From Ginglymostoma cirratum (lineage: Eukaryota), in NCBI GenBank assembly GCA_024137785.1, contig JAHRHZ010000062.1, positions 36,074,808 to 36,138,807 on the forward strand: 64,000 nt of DNA, written 5' to 3'. The notes beneath the pieces are model-generated. The model was given only the letters and a program-made list of their open reading frames with translations, searched no databases and was not told the DNA's origin. Below, piece after piece: positions 24,966-38,394 of this stretch. The position numbers and the translations under genes were made by a program. Each line of letters begins with the position of its first letter. Position 1 is the first letter of the stretch.

Positions 24966-27679
24966 TTTCAAGCTGCAATCCCGGGTTTGAATATGCAATC
25001 CACTTTGATAGTTGTGTACAATAATAGGAGCAGCAAAGCCTTTAATGATATAATAAACCAAGGCACTGTCTGTCTTTTCCAATGATTCAAATGGATGTTA
25101 ACAATGTCCTATTCTTGAAAGAATAGCAATCTTGGTACCTTGCCCACATTCCTCCCTTAACCATGATCACCAAAAGAAAATTGCTCATTGAGCTGGGTCT
25201 ATTGAGGTGAGAGATGTGTCAGGGACAATCTGATTTTTGGTATTTAAATGATGCATTTACACTGGCTGATTCTGACATTCTAGTGGATGGATTGAGGAGA
25301 ATTACAAAGGCTCCTGATTTTAGCAACATGAGGCTAAGTGGATTATAACTTCTGGTTTATTTACTGTGTGCAATTGGCAGGGTCACTGTGTGCAGGTTGA
25401 TGGAACATTTACTAACACAGCAGTGATTGCATTTGAAAATAATTCACTGTTTAAAACTATTTGGAAGGCTTTTCAGAAATGTGATAAAATATGTTAGAAA
25501 TACAAGTTAAGTTTTTTTAGGACATCATGAAAATCTCTTGAGGTTAGATGTACAGGCAGACATTTGTGATGCTAAGTGGTCTGTAGTAAATAATGTGTTC
25601 AGTATTGGTGGCTCATGGTAGCAGTTCTGAAGTTTTAAATGGGTTAGTTTGATTATATTTGGGATTATTAAATTGTTATGTGGAACTTTTTCTGGTGGGA
25701 TTAAACATGTAGAGTGCCAGTATTTGAGAGCACAGATTGAAAATTGAGGAATGGACTTGGTAGGAAATGTATTTTCTCATTCTACTTTTATTTTATCAGA
25801 TATTGTAGATTTTTACAGCCCTCACAAAGGGTGAGCATTAAACATCTCATTCTATTAAATCCCCAAAATCAAAGACATCTCGTATTTATATAGCAACTTG
25901 AAAAATCACAGGAACACTATCATACAAAACATGAGACTAAGCTACACAATGTGAACTTAGTTAAGGGAACATTCCCAAAAGCACATTCAAAGGGGCAAGC
26001 TTTAAGGAGAGTCTTAAAGTAGGAAAATGTGGTTTAGTGTTTGAACTCCAGAGTTTAGAGCTTTAGCAGTTGAAGGCATGGCCATTAATGGTGAAAATTA
26101 AAATCAGGGGGTCAGATATCTTGGAGGATATTTGAAAGTAAAGGTCAGAATTTTAAAATGAGGTATTGCTTAACTAGGAACAGGTACAGTTCAGTGAGCA
26201 AGTTAGGAGAAGAGTGACAGAGTTTACTAAGGTGGAATGTGGGAGACAGTCAGGACTGCATTAGAATAATGATGTCTGAAGCTAACAAAAGTATTTCACT
26301 GATTTCATTGAGTGAAGCAGAGATGAAGACAAACAATGGTGAGTGAATGGAAACAACAATGACACAGCTATGTGGGAAACAGCTCACCTGGAGGTTGAAT
26401 ATGATAAGCTTGCAAACAGATAGTTTGATTCAGCCTCGGCGCTTTGCCATGGAAATTGATGGGGTTTATGGTTCAGGAACAGGGTTGTGATGGAGTGTAC
26501 CAATAAATAGAGATTGATTGATTGATTGTTTTCCAAGAGAAAGAATGGGACTGGATATTATTTGCCCCTTCCAGGTGTGGTTTCAGTGGTCGGGGTTTGG
26601 AGGGGTGTAGTGTTGGGGGATGGAGAGGTTGGAGTGGTGGACGGGTTGGGGAGGACGGGTGCTCATCCGCACCATGTTATGACTGTAGAGCAGACTTCTC
26701 TGTCTGTTGGCTCTCTTCAATGATTTTTCTTCTGGGAATGCAGTGGCATGGGGTTGAGGGATGGCCATCCAACTCCCCTTAAGTTCTGCCTATGGACAAA
26801 TATTTAGTAGCTACCTGTACATCCTTTATAATGGCAAACTATATGGAAATATTGCTTATGCTGTGGGAACAGGTCTTTTACCAGCGAACTTTGGGTAATG
26901 GCATCATAATACAGTGACCACCTGCCGAATATCATAACCTATACTGGCTATTACATACAGTAAAGGTGGATACTATTTCCTACAGAATCTATACCGGTGT
27001 TACTCTATTGTCAAACTCTTTGTTTATGATGGAAGTTTTGTTTTGAAAACAGAAGCGGTTAAATTGCTGCTTAGAAAGGGGAAATGATCTTTCACAGAAT
27101 ATTATGACAACTGCATACTGTGCTTTGTACTAATAGAATGTTAAAGCCAGGATGTCATGTCCTCTCTAGCTCGTGCTGTCACTAAGAGAGGGTGAATACT
27201 TCCACTAGAGGTGAAACTGGGGGAAAAATGAATATAAGTGACTTAAATACCCCTCATTAATGGTGATCTGCAAAGAGATTACCTGGGATGTGGGATCAGG
27301 TCTTTTGCCTGCTCTTAACATCATAGAATGATGTAAATATATCACCATGATCTACATGACAAATAGAAAAAAAACACAAAAAAGAACCCTAAACTACAGT
27401 GGTTTCTCCTCATAGGTATGTGTTATTTTGGAGGTTAGCAAGATTCCCATAACAATTGCCCTATCACTCTCTCAAATAGAAAGTCAGTGTTTGAGTAAAC
27501 ATAAATGCAAATGGCTGATTCTATTCATAATCCGACATGGAAAAATAGAGTGAAACAAATTTTGGCTAAAACCCAAGTGATTGGTTTTGACAAAATCAGA
27601 CCTTTATCAGAATGATAAAAAACATGGTTTTTTTAAAAAAACACAAAAAAAAAACAAACATAAACATATGGTTACTGAC

Positions 27680-27764
27680 CCTCTCACCAATCTGAGTCTG
27701 ATCTCCCTGAGGAAGGATGTCAATATCTGGCTGAAGTGAACAAGCATCAATTACAGTTTTATAT
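27680..27764 (-). CDS. ABCC8: ABCC8 exon 20 (85 nt)
   Basis: [28 protein letters not shown] (GDQTQ is SUR1-type); AG/GTCAGT ends. Confidence 0.97.
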
Positions 27765-28869
27765 CTGTGAAGAAAGCAGCAAAGAGTCAATTGGCATGCA
27801 TTTATTACATCTAACTAATTGATTCAAGGGAAATTAACACAGATTGTCCAGCTGGAAGCTATTGATTTTATCTGAAAGCCTAATGGACCCTTGAGACATT
27901 GTGTAAGCAGCACACCGCTGCATTATTTTGCTGATTGTGGCAGTAATTTATTTTCCACAATCTTGCGTATTTCATCTGTGTAAAAGAAAAGCAATGATTT
28001 AGACCAGGTGACCAATATATTTATTACTAGGCAGTGTGACATGAGATGCTATGATACATGCTAAAAATTCCTCATGCAGCCCATAAGGAAAATGAAGATG
28101 TATTTGAAATTGTAAAAGTTAAAAGAACTCTTTAAAAAGTGACGCGTAGAAAGAGAAATGTCAGTTTTGCAGCTATTTGAGCAGAGCTAAATAGTTACAA
28201 AGTCTCTTCTGCATGGTTAAGTGGAGGGCAGCAGAGAGAAGAGTTGACCTAGGCATAGTTGGATGAGAGTTATCATTGAATGGTTGCACACAAGCTGTAG
28301 TGATTTTATGAAGATGGTACAAGACAGATGTATCACAAAGCAGATCTCCTGGCACAAGTGGCTGCAACTAGCAACAGTAACTATTTTTCTATGTTCTTGT
28401 TAAATCAATAGCCAATTATAAAGAAAAATCAAACCATAATCTACTTCTCAATCCAAGACTGTAGGAAGTTCTTTTATTGTTTTGTCACTATCTGTATGTA
28501 ATGGTTTTGCTCAGAATCACACTAACCCTAGAAACTAACCAGTTTATACAGGAATTAAAATCACATTTCACAGTGAAGCTAACATTGCTTAACTATTACT
28601 CCTGATGGAATATAAAAGAATGCAGTATTAAATGACATTTTAAAAGTTTTTTCTGAAGTTTCTTCTCAAATGTTGACAAAAATTGACTTACTGATTTCTT
28701 GACTGTTTCACATTAACATTTATCCATTGTAGTCTTAACAAGAGGAGTTCTCCTTGCCCATCAATAAGGACAATGGTGGTAGCATGTGAATCTATACATT
28801 TTGCTAGTAATACTTCTGAAATTCCCAAGCAGCGGAAAACTAGAGTTCCTATTTTAGCAACGCACCTTG

Positions 28870-29650
28870 TTTGCAATGGCAAGCAAGTAGAAAAAAACTA
28901 AATGAGTATAACTGACTCATAATGGCCAATCACCAAAATACAGACTATTATTTAAACGATGAGAGATTCCCAAAATAAAAGTGCAGTGCACAGGGATCTG
29001 GATGTTCCTGTGTATGAAACATGAAAAATTAACGTGGAGATGCAGCAAAAAATTAAGAAGATAAACGGAATTTTGGTCTTTATTCGTAGGGGGTTAGCAT
29101 TTAAAAACTGGGAAATCTTGTTCCAACTATGCATGGTGATGGTGACAGTGCACCTAGAATACTGACTACAGTTTTGCTACTGTATTTAAGAAACAATATA
29201 CTGGCATTAGATTTAGTTCAGTGGAATTCTGGGTTGACTTATGAAGGACAGGTAAACAAGTTAGGCTTGGAGTTTATAAGAACAAGGAGTGAACTCATTG
29301 AACCACACAGGATTCTGAGGGGATTTGACAAGAGTAGACGTTGAGAAGATGTTTTATTGGTGGGGAAATCTTGTACAGAAGGACATAGTTACAGAATAGG
29401 GGGACGCTCATTTAAAACTGAGATGTGAAGGATTTCTTTTCTGAGGGTGGTCAATGTCCAATTGGATAGAACACTGAAAATGTTTAAAGAGGAGGTAGAA
29501 AAGGTTTCTTGAAATATCAGGTATGAGGAGGCCACAAAAAAACAGGAGTTGAGGCCTGGGTCAGATCAGCCATGATCTAGTTGATCAGTGGATCAGTCTT
29601 GAGGGACTGAATGATCTAATCCTCCCTCTGTTTCTTCTGTTCTTGCGCAG
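28870..29650 (+). mobile_element. Degraded CR1 3' fragment
   Basis: gtgcacagggatctggatgttc (VQRDLGV-like), cacctagaatactg (HLEYC), CR1 3' UTR. Confidence 0.75.
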
Positions 29651-32625
29651 TAGGATCTCAACAGCTGAATTAATACAAGACACTTGGGTTTTTTGTAGAA
29701 TATGTTCTATGGATCTCTGGCCAATTATAAGAGGATTTTGGCAAGATTCAATTCAGAGAATTTGTCATTGAAGAGGAGAATTGTTTTTCCATCAATCTCG
29801 ATTACGTTAGAACTTGTGCCTTTGAGGTGAAATGTAAGAATTCTTTATCATGCTATTCACCATACTTAGTCTAAATTTGAATGATTGAATTCTTCCTTAT
29901 TGTATGCTATCAGTTTTATGATGGCTTTAGATAGAGAACTCCTCTCCAACCCATTGTGTCCTTAGCAAGAAATATATTGTTGTCAAATCATTGATCAAAC
30001 TACCTAATAACAGCACCCTAAAGAAACACCATCTGTCGTGCTTTGCAAAACGTTGTTATTTTGGATAGATCTTAGCTTACTGAACCATTAATGCTGCAAA
30101 TATTGACAAAGGCATTTACTATTTGATGTAACTGTACAACCTTCATTATGTTACTTATGCACCATGTGAGAAGCATAGACCATCATTATGGCCCAAACTA
30201 AGTAAATGTCATTAAAGCACTAGATCATTACTGCAAGGTTATGCCTTTTGGAAAGAGGAACAATCCCAACCACAAGACCTGATCCCTTTCTCCTCCACCA
30301 GTCTGAACCCCTAGGACTTGACACCTCCCATCCCTCCCCCATGCTGGTGGCATGCATTGCTTGCTGGCCCCAATAATCCCTTCCCACCTTTGTGCCACAA
30401 CCCACCCCACCTTCTAGTTTCCCATAGTCCTGACACCACAGCCCCCATCTCATGCTGGTCCCATCAGTCACGCTCCTCTCAGCTTCAGGCAAACCTCTCC
30501 CGGCCACATGGACACACACCCACCACACTTGCTGCCAGCTCAAACCCCTAGCCCCAAACTACCTTAAGTACTCCATCGATCTACCTGGCACCCTAACTTC
30601 ATATTTACCTTACATATTATCCTTTCACAGCAGTCAGAACATGGCACTGTGACTGCTACAAAAGAAGGTGTAGTCTGACTTCTCCCAACCATTCTTCACT
30701 ATGAGGGAACTATTTGATTTCAGGTACACTCTGCATTTCCGAAGGAGCTGAGATTGGAATTCCTGGCTACAAAATGCAGCGTTCTGTTTTAACAAAAAAA
30801 GATACAAGCAGAATGGCAATCAATTGTGATTGCCACTCTTCGGAATATCCAAACTAATATTTCTCTCCAGTCAGCTAGAAAGTTTCTAGACCACTTATGC
30901 TGGATCTGACAGCTGTCTAACCATACAGCTCAGGCAGACAACATCAAAGAGCTGAGAACCGATGGAGGAATGTGTCTTTGTTTGTGTCAGTAATGTCTCT
31001 GTGCATGTGTTTCACGTGTGTGTGTTTGTGTTTGGTACATGTGTACATGTGTGTTTGGTATATGTACTTTGTGCAAGATGACACCAGTACTATGCTTAAA
31101 TTTAACATCTAATAGAGTGGGTCTTGACGTTGTGTCATTGTATTAAATGGGTGACAGGGACTCAGTCTCTCCCTATTTTTATGCTCACTGATTTAAATAT
31201 TTTGTATTAAGTATTTACTGCTAAAAATGATCATGTATAAAATGGATTCAGTTTTTTTTAAATATGAATCAAACTCTGTTTCTGTAATACACAGAAGTAG
31301 CTTCTGTCTTGTTTATCTATTGTTATCTGTCTTATTAAATTGTGTCAATTGTCCTGAATAAAACAATAAATAAAGAAAACAAAAACAGAAATAATTTGGA
31401 GAAATTCAGAAGGTGTGGTGGCATATTTGGAGAGAGAGCACAGTTATTTCAGATCCAGTGACCCTTCTTGAGCTTTTATTTCATTTCCAAATGGGAAATA
31501 GCTCGCTTTATTTTGAATCCCCGTTGTATGAACAATGCTTAATTTTCTAATCTCTAGATAGGAATGAAGGACTATAAAAAAAACTTGCAAAAGGTCATGA
31601 AAAGCAGCAACTTTTCTTTAACTTCTGTGGACAAATTAGGAAAAGTGTCAAACAGCTATGAACCTAGCATAATTTAATTATAACCGTTTGATATCCTTTC
31701 TTGAGAACAGATAGATATGCAGGTGTTGTTGGGTCAATAACAATGTAATAGATCGGTCACAGACCACGCAAGTGAATATTTTCTTGGGTTAATCTACAGT
31801 TTAACTTCATAAAAGTAAAAGTAGAAAACAATAATGAGTACACATGAAACCTATTTTTCTTCTTTCTCTCAAATGTCATCTACTGCTTTCTCGTCAATGA
31901 GAGAAAAATGCAATGGCATAGGACACAACTGAACTATCAAATTACCTGAACTAAGTTGATCTTTAAATTCCTCTTGATAGCCTTGGGGAGATCATTACCT
32001 TGAATTGATTACCCTTTCCGATATGTACATTATAATCTGGAGAGAAGATCTTAAACTAGGATTGGATACTTCTTTGGAGTGGCCCTGCTAACTTTGCCTA
32101 TGCTTTCGTGATGTTTCAAGAAAAGCTATGAAGCAGAGTGGAACCATCTCTGTTATATTATCCTGACCCATTCCAATTTCTGCTATAGGCATCCCCTCAC
32201 ACCCCTCTCCAATCGTACCATTCCTTCTGTAATCAGCTCATTTCAATATCTCCTTTCACCAGCCAGGTAATCAATCTGGCTAAATGCTAGGTGAGATTCT
32301 GCAGAAGTTTATCCAAATCAGGACTTGCCTTTACAATGGCACGGCCTTTGATTTAATCGTTGTGTAGAATGGATTGTCTGAAGCCAGTGTTCTCCCACTG
32401 TCAACAGTGTCCCCAGTGGAACTCAAGCCACCTTCTCGACATTGATCCTATCAAGCTCCTTTATCAGTTAAAAGATCGCTGGAAGTCTCTTAACAGTCTT
32501 CAATACAAAAGGCAACTGCCTGTCCAGTCCTTTCTGGCAGTTGTCAGTCTGGTAAGGAAGCCATTGTGATGTTTCTGTTCAGGCCCAAGGTGAAACACTA
32601 TTGACTTGTCACGGATTAATGTGCC

Positions 32626-32682
32626 ATATTAAGTCAATAGGATCAACAATATTAATGTCAATATTAAGTCAATAGGATCAAC
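32626..32682 (+). repeat. Short direct duplication (atattaagtcaataggatcaac x2)
   Basis: 22-bp unit repeated across a 13-bp spacer that itself resembles part of the unit. Confidence 0.75.
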
Positions 32683-33032
32683 TCTGCCTGCTTTAAATTG
32701 GTGCGTCTTCAGCCTGTAGATTAAAGTGGGAAATGGAACAAACATTTTGTGTGTAAGGAAGATAGTTGTTTTTTAACAGCCCTCTTATCAAGGCTAGTGG
32801 GGTTAAAATCTTTCCTTGAAAAGGAATCTAAACAAAATCTGGAACATTTATAGAAACTTTGCGCAAGAATTCTGCTCCCTCCAAAACATTGTTACAGTAA
32901 TGTCCTCTACCAGATTCTGATTTCAATATTTAATGACCCATATCAAATGCCCCACAGTCAAAATAAGACAGAAGTTCAATGCTTATACTCCATGTCTATT
33001 CTACAAATTAAACTTTATATAACACTTATTAC

Positions 33033-33131
33033 CTTTGTTTGTTAAATGGATTTCCAAAGGTGATGTTCTCTTCCACAGTAGTGTTCAATATCCACGGTTT
33101 CTGCGCAGCATAGGCCACAGCACTCCTTCTC
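33033..33131 (-). CDS. ABCC8: ABCC8 exon 19 (99 nt), Q-loop
   Basis: (R)[32 protein letters not shown](R); AG/GTAA ends. Confidence 0.96.
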
Positions 33132-33529
33132 CTAGGGATAACAAACACACTAAATGCTGAGACACTGGGGTGTGCTTTTTCTGAGAATCACATTAAACTA
33201 TTCAGACCTTCCAAGATCCTGTCTTGAATGACCCTTGAGAATATTTCATACTCTTTAGCATGTTGTACCTCATTGCATGGATGACATTCACAAAGACAAC
33301 TGTAATTCCACTGATTAGAAACTTAAAATATTTGAGTGGTATAAACCTTTTTCACTGCATTTTGTACCAATTAATTTGACTATGTTTCAAACTTCCTTTG
33401 ATAATTATTTAAACTGATTTAAAAACATGTGGCATTAGCAGCAGGGTTTTTTTGTTAAATCAGCATGGACAAGGCTCCCTACCAGAGGCAATATTGGAAA
33501 TTAATTTTATTTGCCCTGCCAATGGATGT

Positions 33530-34418
33530 TGTTATGATCACTGCAGAAACCACTAACTTTTATAAAAAGAAATTCACGTTTCTGGCTAATACCTGAGAGC
33601 GTGATTTAGAAGACTTCGTGCTTTTACTGTAACAATCACACCAACCACGAGTGGATTAAAAAACTATTGACTAAATGCTATTGTTGTATACAACATCTTA
33701 AACAACAGAACTTTCCAACATTACTTTTAACATAACCATAAAACTCACTTCCCCCGTATATGCTACACTATCCCTTAAAAGTCATTCAAGTTTCCAAAAC
33801 TCAGTCCAAAGTGATATTTGGTTCCCCAGGGTTTACTTCTATTCATTTCCAGCAAATTTTCCAGCCTTGTTTCAAATCCTCATGAATTTTGGTCTTTTCA
33901 ATTTGAGCACGAGTTCCCAACCCCATCCTTGCCCTGTGAATCATAAAGATTTTAGGTCTCTTGTTGTTCCTTTTCTCTCTGATCTTGGCAAACTAACTTG
34001 TCCATTAGTTTCAGGAACATCTTCGAAACCATTTCCCTCTCATACTTAGCTGCATGGGATGGTGACTAACATGGAATGTAACCTTGTAGAAATGCTAATT
34101 AGCTAATTTTTAGACTCCAAAGATATTTCACTTTGGAATTAAACAAATAGTTTAAAGCACAACTATTTACAAACTGGCATTTTCAGCACATTCCTTGGAC
34201 TTCTGGGATTCTGTCTGACCACTGTAAACATAGATGATGCACCATTCCTGCTAATGTGGACACTTTCCACATTCCTCATAAAATATCACATCTTTCTTTA
34301 AACTTCAAGGCCTGATCACCCAGGCCTGTGGTCAGACACTTCAGCACCCATCACCTGAATCCCTCATGTCTCCAAATTAAAGGCACAGTCCAAAATATAA
34401 CTTATAAATCTCATAACT
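33530..34418. mobile_element. Probable solo LTR (~890 bp)
   Basis: Begins TGTTATGA and ends TCATAAC(t), i.e. inverted TG...CA-type termini; non-coding; TSD not clear. Confidence 0.45.
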
Positions 34419-35041
34419 GTAAAATGATCAAGGACTCTTATTCTGGGAATTGTCAAAGTTACACTCACCAACACAGGCTGACAACTAAATAACAACATTT
34501 ATCCATGCTAGATACAAAAAAATCTCCAGGTATAATAAGCTATTTGACAATACTTTCACTGCTTGACACAATATCAAATGTAAAACTTGTGACATTTGTT
34601 TAATTATCTTTATCATTCGGGGACATCAGAAAAAAAATCTCAAAGGAACACTCAACATCTGAACTATAATTTAGGATTTTTCCATTCCAAAGGGTTTAGC
34701 TAAAAGTTTCTTAAAAGGAAATGGAAGATGTTATTTTGTAGGAAGGAATCAGATTATTTTGAAAAATGTTTCATTGTTTTGTGATCATAACTCCGAAACG
34801 TAGTAACCTGTGTATCACAGAAGCTAAACTTCATAAATAACATCCAAGTATATTTGTTTAGTGCACCGCAAAACACAGCAGTGTGACACAGCACCCAAAA
34901 GAAATTAAAATAAATGTTAAGGTGTATCTTTAAACAGAGCATGTACAGATAGAGTCACATAAAGTCTTCCATGAAAGGATTAATGACAGGTGTGTGGTCA
35001 GAGGATGCAGGGACGTCACCAGTGGAAAAGTACTGCCAAGG

Positions 35042-35359
35042 TAGGGTTGCCAATTCTGGATGCTTATATTCGTAGGAGATTTCACATATCCTCCTACCCG
35101 TCCTTGATCACCAACCATGTCCATCTTTTCAGTGTACTTTTCTCCTTGGAAAGCAACATGCTCTTAATTATCCAAAAAAACCAAATGGTCTTTGGGTCCC
35201 ATATCTGAATGTTGATTAGTTTAAAAATATTAAAGAAAATTTAAACAAAAATCAATAGCTTAAAAAAAATGATGTTACAAGTTTGCTTCTAGCAGTGCCA
35301 TAGAGATTATATTCAATGCCTGCAAGCTCTGAGATGATCCTGGAGATTTGGCAACCCTA
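35042..35359. mobile_element. hAT-like MITE
   Basis: Perfect 11-bp TIR TAGGGTTGCCA / TGGCAACCCTA; the 8-bp flanks tgccaagg and aacccagg match at 5/8. Confidence 0.7.
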
Positions 35360-35474
35360 AACCCAGGGATACATCCAACAAAATCTGCTAATATTCACAA
35401 CTGTGAAGCAACACCAGGAGGAACTTTGGTAAGAGAGCAGCTTTCCATTGATAGGAAAGAACAAGTCGATATAC

Positions 35475-35510
35475 CTCACTTCAATATCAACAGTCGAGTC
35501 TTCCTCCGTA
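35475..35510 (-). CDS. ABCC8: ABCC8 exon 18 (36 nt; 39 nt with the upstream AG of a CAGCAG acceptor)
   Basis: (S)TEEDSTVDIEV(R) vs human PERETATDLDIR; phase 2-2; GAG|GTAT donor. Confidence 0.85.
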
Positions 35511-36340
35511 CTGCTGCAATATGTTAAACAGAAAGAGTACAAAACATTATGTCTCTTTAGGACAACGAAATATATATTACTCCAGTTAATTCCTCCAAAA
35601 TATACAAGTACAAGTGTAAAATGTAGGAGATATACAGCTGTTCAGTCATCTGCATCTGTACCCTTCAATAGAATAAGATTAGCTTCTGTATGAGTTGTCG
35701 TCCATTATACAACTTTCCAATCCATTATTGCTTCTTTGTCAAAAAAGCATACCACCTCCACCAATTGTTTCTTTTTTTCTCCACCAGTTTCTTTCTTGGG
35801 AAAAACAAGTGATAAAAGATTCTATTCAGGATATTAAGCCATATTTCTGTCTCAGGTGCTGACTGGACTGTTATCAATTTCATGCTCCTAATGTTTCTAT
35901 TCCTGAGTCAAATTTTATGTGTTTTGCTGTTATCCCTCAAAAATACAGGTCATACTGATGTGTCAAAAAACTCAAAGAGTTTTTTGTCATATTGTTTTAT
36001 GGTGAACGGGAGTCTGGCAGCAGGGGATTTGATGCTCCAGTTTTGAAATCTTCAAAAAATGTTTGTTAAATTCACGTAATATTCGACTGTTCATCAGACT
36101 ATTTTATTTTTCACCTATCTTTGAGACCTGCCATTTTATTTTCAGGAAGGTTGGAGCCAGAGGATTTTTAACAGGTCCTGATCTCAAATTGAAATTTGAT
36201 TGACCTGATTGGTCACTTGAGTTTTAGAAGGATGTTGGGTGGAACATATTACAGTGATTAGAGTGCCTGAGGCAGAATATAGCAGAGAAATATACTGATA
36301 GTGTGTGCAAGAAATAAATTGAATAAAGTGAGGGTCAGGA

Positions 36341-36697
36341 GGGGAGGCGATGGCCTAGTTGTATTATCGCTGGACTGTTAATCCAGAGGCCCAGATAATG
36401 TTCCAGGGACCCTGGTTCAAATCCTGCCACAGCAGATGGTGGAATTTGAATTCAATAAAATATCTGGCATTAACAATCTAGTGATGACTGTGAATCTATT
36501 GTCAATTGTTGGAAAAATCCATCTGGTTCACTAATATTCTTTAGGGGAGGAAACTGTCATCCTTACCTGGTCTGGCCTACATGTGACTCCAGACCCACAG
36601 CAATGTGGTTGACTCTTAACTGTCCTCTGGGCAATTAAGGATGGGCAATAAATGCTGCCTGGTCAGTAACACCCTCTTCCCGTGAATGAATAAAAAA
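36341..36697 (+). mobile_element. SacSINE1/DeuSINE-like SINE, full length
   Basis: tRNA-like head ggggaggcgatggcctagttgtattatcgctggact...ggttcaaatcc; tail cccgtgaatgaataaaaaa shared with the LINE ending at ~38395. Confidence 0.8.
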
Positions 36698-37409
36698 TAT
36701 GTGGAGGATAAACATTAGCGTAGAACAGATAGGCTGAATATTCTTGTGCTGTAGATTCAATGGAATTCTTTGGAAAAACCCAAATTATTTTCCATTTTCA
36801 TTGGAAACTACATTGCGTATTTAAAGTTATATCTGCTAATGGTCATCCAATATTATGTTCAGTGCATGACCATATTGTTCTGCCCATCTCCATTCTCCCA
36901 ATGATGCATGATCTCAATGTATGAATCGAGTTTAAGATTTCTGCTTCTGCAATTTCACCATATACGAGGAGGACATACTGGAGATTTTCACACTCTGCTA
37001 TGAGTTAGTAACAATTGTTTATTCCAACGAATGAAAATCACAAATGATGGAAACTTATACTTGTGGCTATTTTAATGTAAGCCTTTTTTTGCAAAGTATT
37101 TTAGTTAACAGTGATATCTTGAGTCCACTGAAAATCCATCTAGATATATTTACTAAAAAATAAACTTGACTGATCTATCTTAGAAAGTTACACCAACATT
37201 TTTAAATGGTCATCCGTTGCACCAAGATGCCAAAATAAAGGGAAGGCTGATAGTTCTTTGCCTTTGGTAAGTTGTCCAAAAACTAGTCTCATTATTTGTT
37301 AGAATAACCTCAGCATCACCTAAGTTGTACCCTGCAAGCAACTGGTCCTCTTTTTACAACAGCAAGGACACCAAACAATATAAAACTGCAGTGATAAATA
37401 ATTCATAGA

Positions 37410-37820
37410 GTAAAAGTTATTAGCCTGAACTGTTAAGTGTGTTCCTCTGCTCATAGATGTTGCCTGATCTGCTCAGCGTTTCCACCACTTTGTATTTTTA
37501 TTTCAGATTTTCAAAGTCTACAGTAGCTTGTTTTTGTATAAGGGACTCTGCCTGTTTATAGACCACCGATTCATGGAAATAAACAACATGTGGGATAAAC
37601 AACCTCAAGTCTGATAAAGAGATGTTGCTGAAAATCATCAGCAGGAGCGAGCAACAACTATAGAGAAACAGAGTTAATGTTTCATCTGTTGAAAGAACTA
37701 TGAACTGAAGTGTTAACTTTGCCTCTCTCTGCTCAGACACTGCATGGCTTGCTGAGTATTTACAGCATTTTCTATAATATTGTTCAGATTTCCAGCCTCC
37801 ACAATATTTTGTTTGTGTCC
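37410..37820. mobile_element. Old, diverged Penelope-tail fragments, including a degenerate foldback at ~37620-37815
   Basis: Tail motifs gttaa...agatgttgcctgatctgct...tttcagattt in both orientations. Confidence 0.55.
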
Positions 37821-37908
37821 AAAATCTTTTTTTAATCTTGTCCTTTAACTGCATACCTATAGCTGAAAGCTTTTGGGGCAATATAGCGAATAGAATTAGA
37901 GACCATAC

Positions 37909-37932
37909 CTGCTATTTCCCTCCATGCGCTCA
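37909..37932 (-). CDS. ABCC8: ABCC8 exon 17 (24 nt from the canonical AG; 36 nt to 37944 if the GG site is used)
   Basis: Strong CAG|GTATGG donor; phase 2-2; (S)[TTDS]ERMEGNS(S) aligns with human SLPDSEIGEDPS; pyrimidine-rich tract upstream; only good candidate I found between exons 16 and 18. Confidence 0.72.
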
Positions 37933-38394
37933 CTGTCAGTAGTACCGGAGGAGCATAAAGGAAACACATCATAAAAACAGAGTGAAACTTATTTATGCAG
38001 AAATAGAAACAAAGAACAATGAATTTGCACATACATAGCACCATTTACAACTTCCGAATATTCCAAAATGCATTTCAATTAATTAAATATTTTTGAAGTA
38101 CAGTTGCTATGATAATGAAGGAAATGTGATAGCCAATTTACTCACATTAAAGTCTTACACTACATATGAAATATATGAATGATTCATATATTTTTAGTGT
38201 TAAATGAGTTACAAATGTTGGACAAAACAGTGGGAAAATGTCCTCATTTATGAGTGCCCTGTGATCTTTTATGGTTCAACTGAGAAAGCAGGGAGGCACT
38301 CGATTTCAACAAAAAGATAAAAAAATGAATGTAACAGTGTGGTGACCTTTAATCCACAAGCAGTGCAGCAAGGAAAATGTGTAATTATTTAAAT

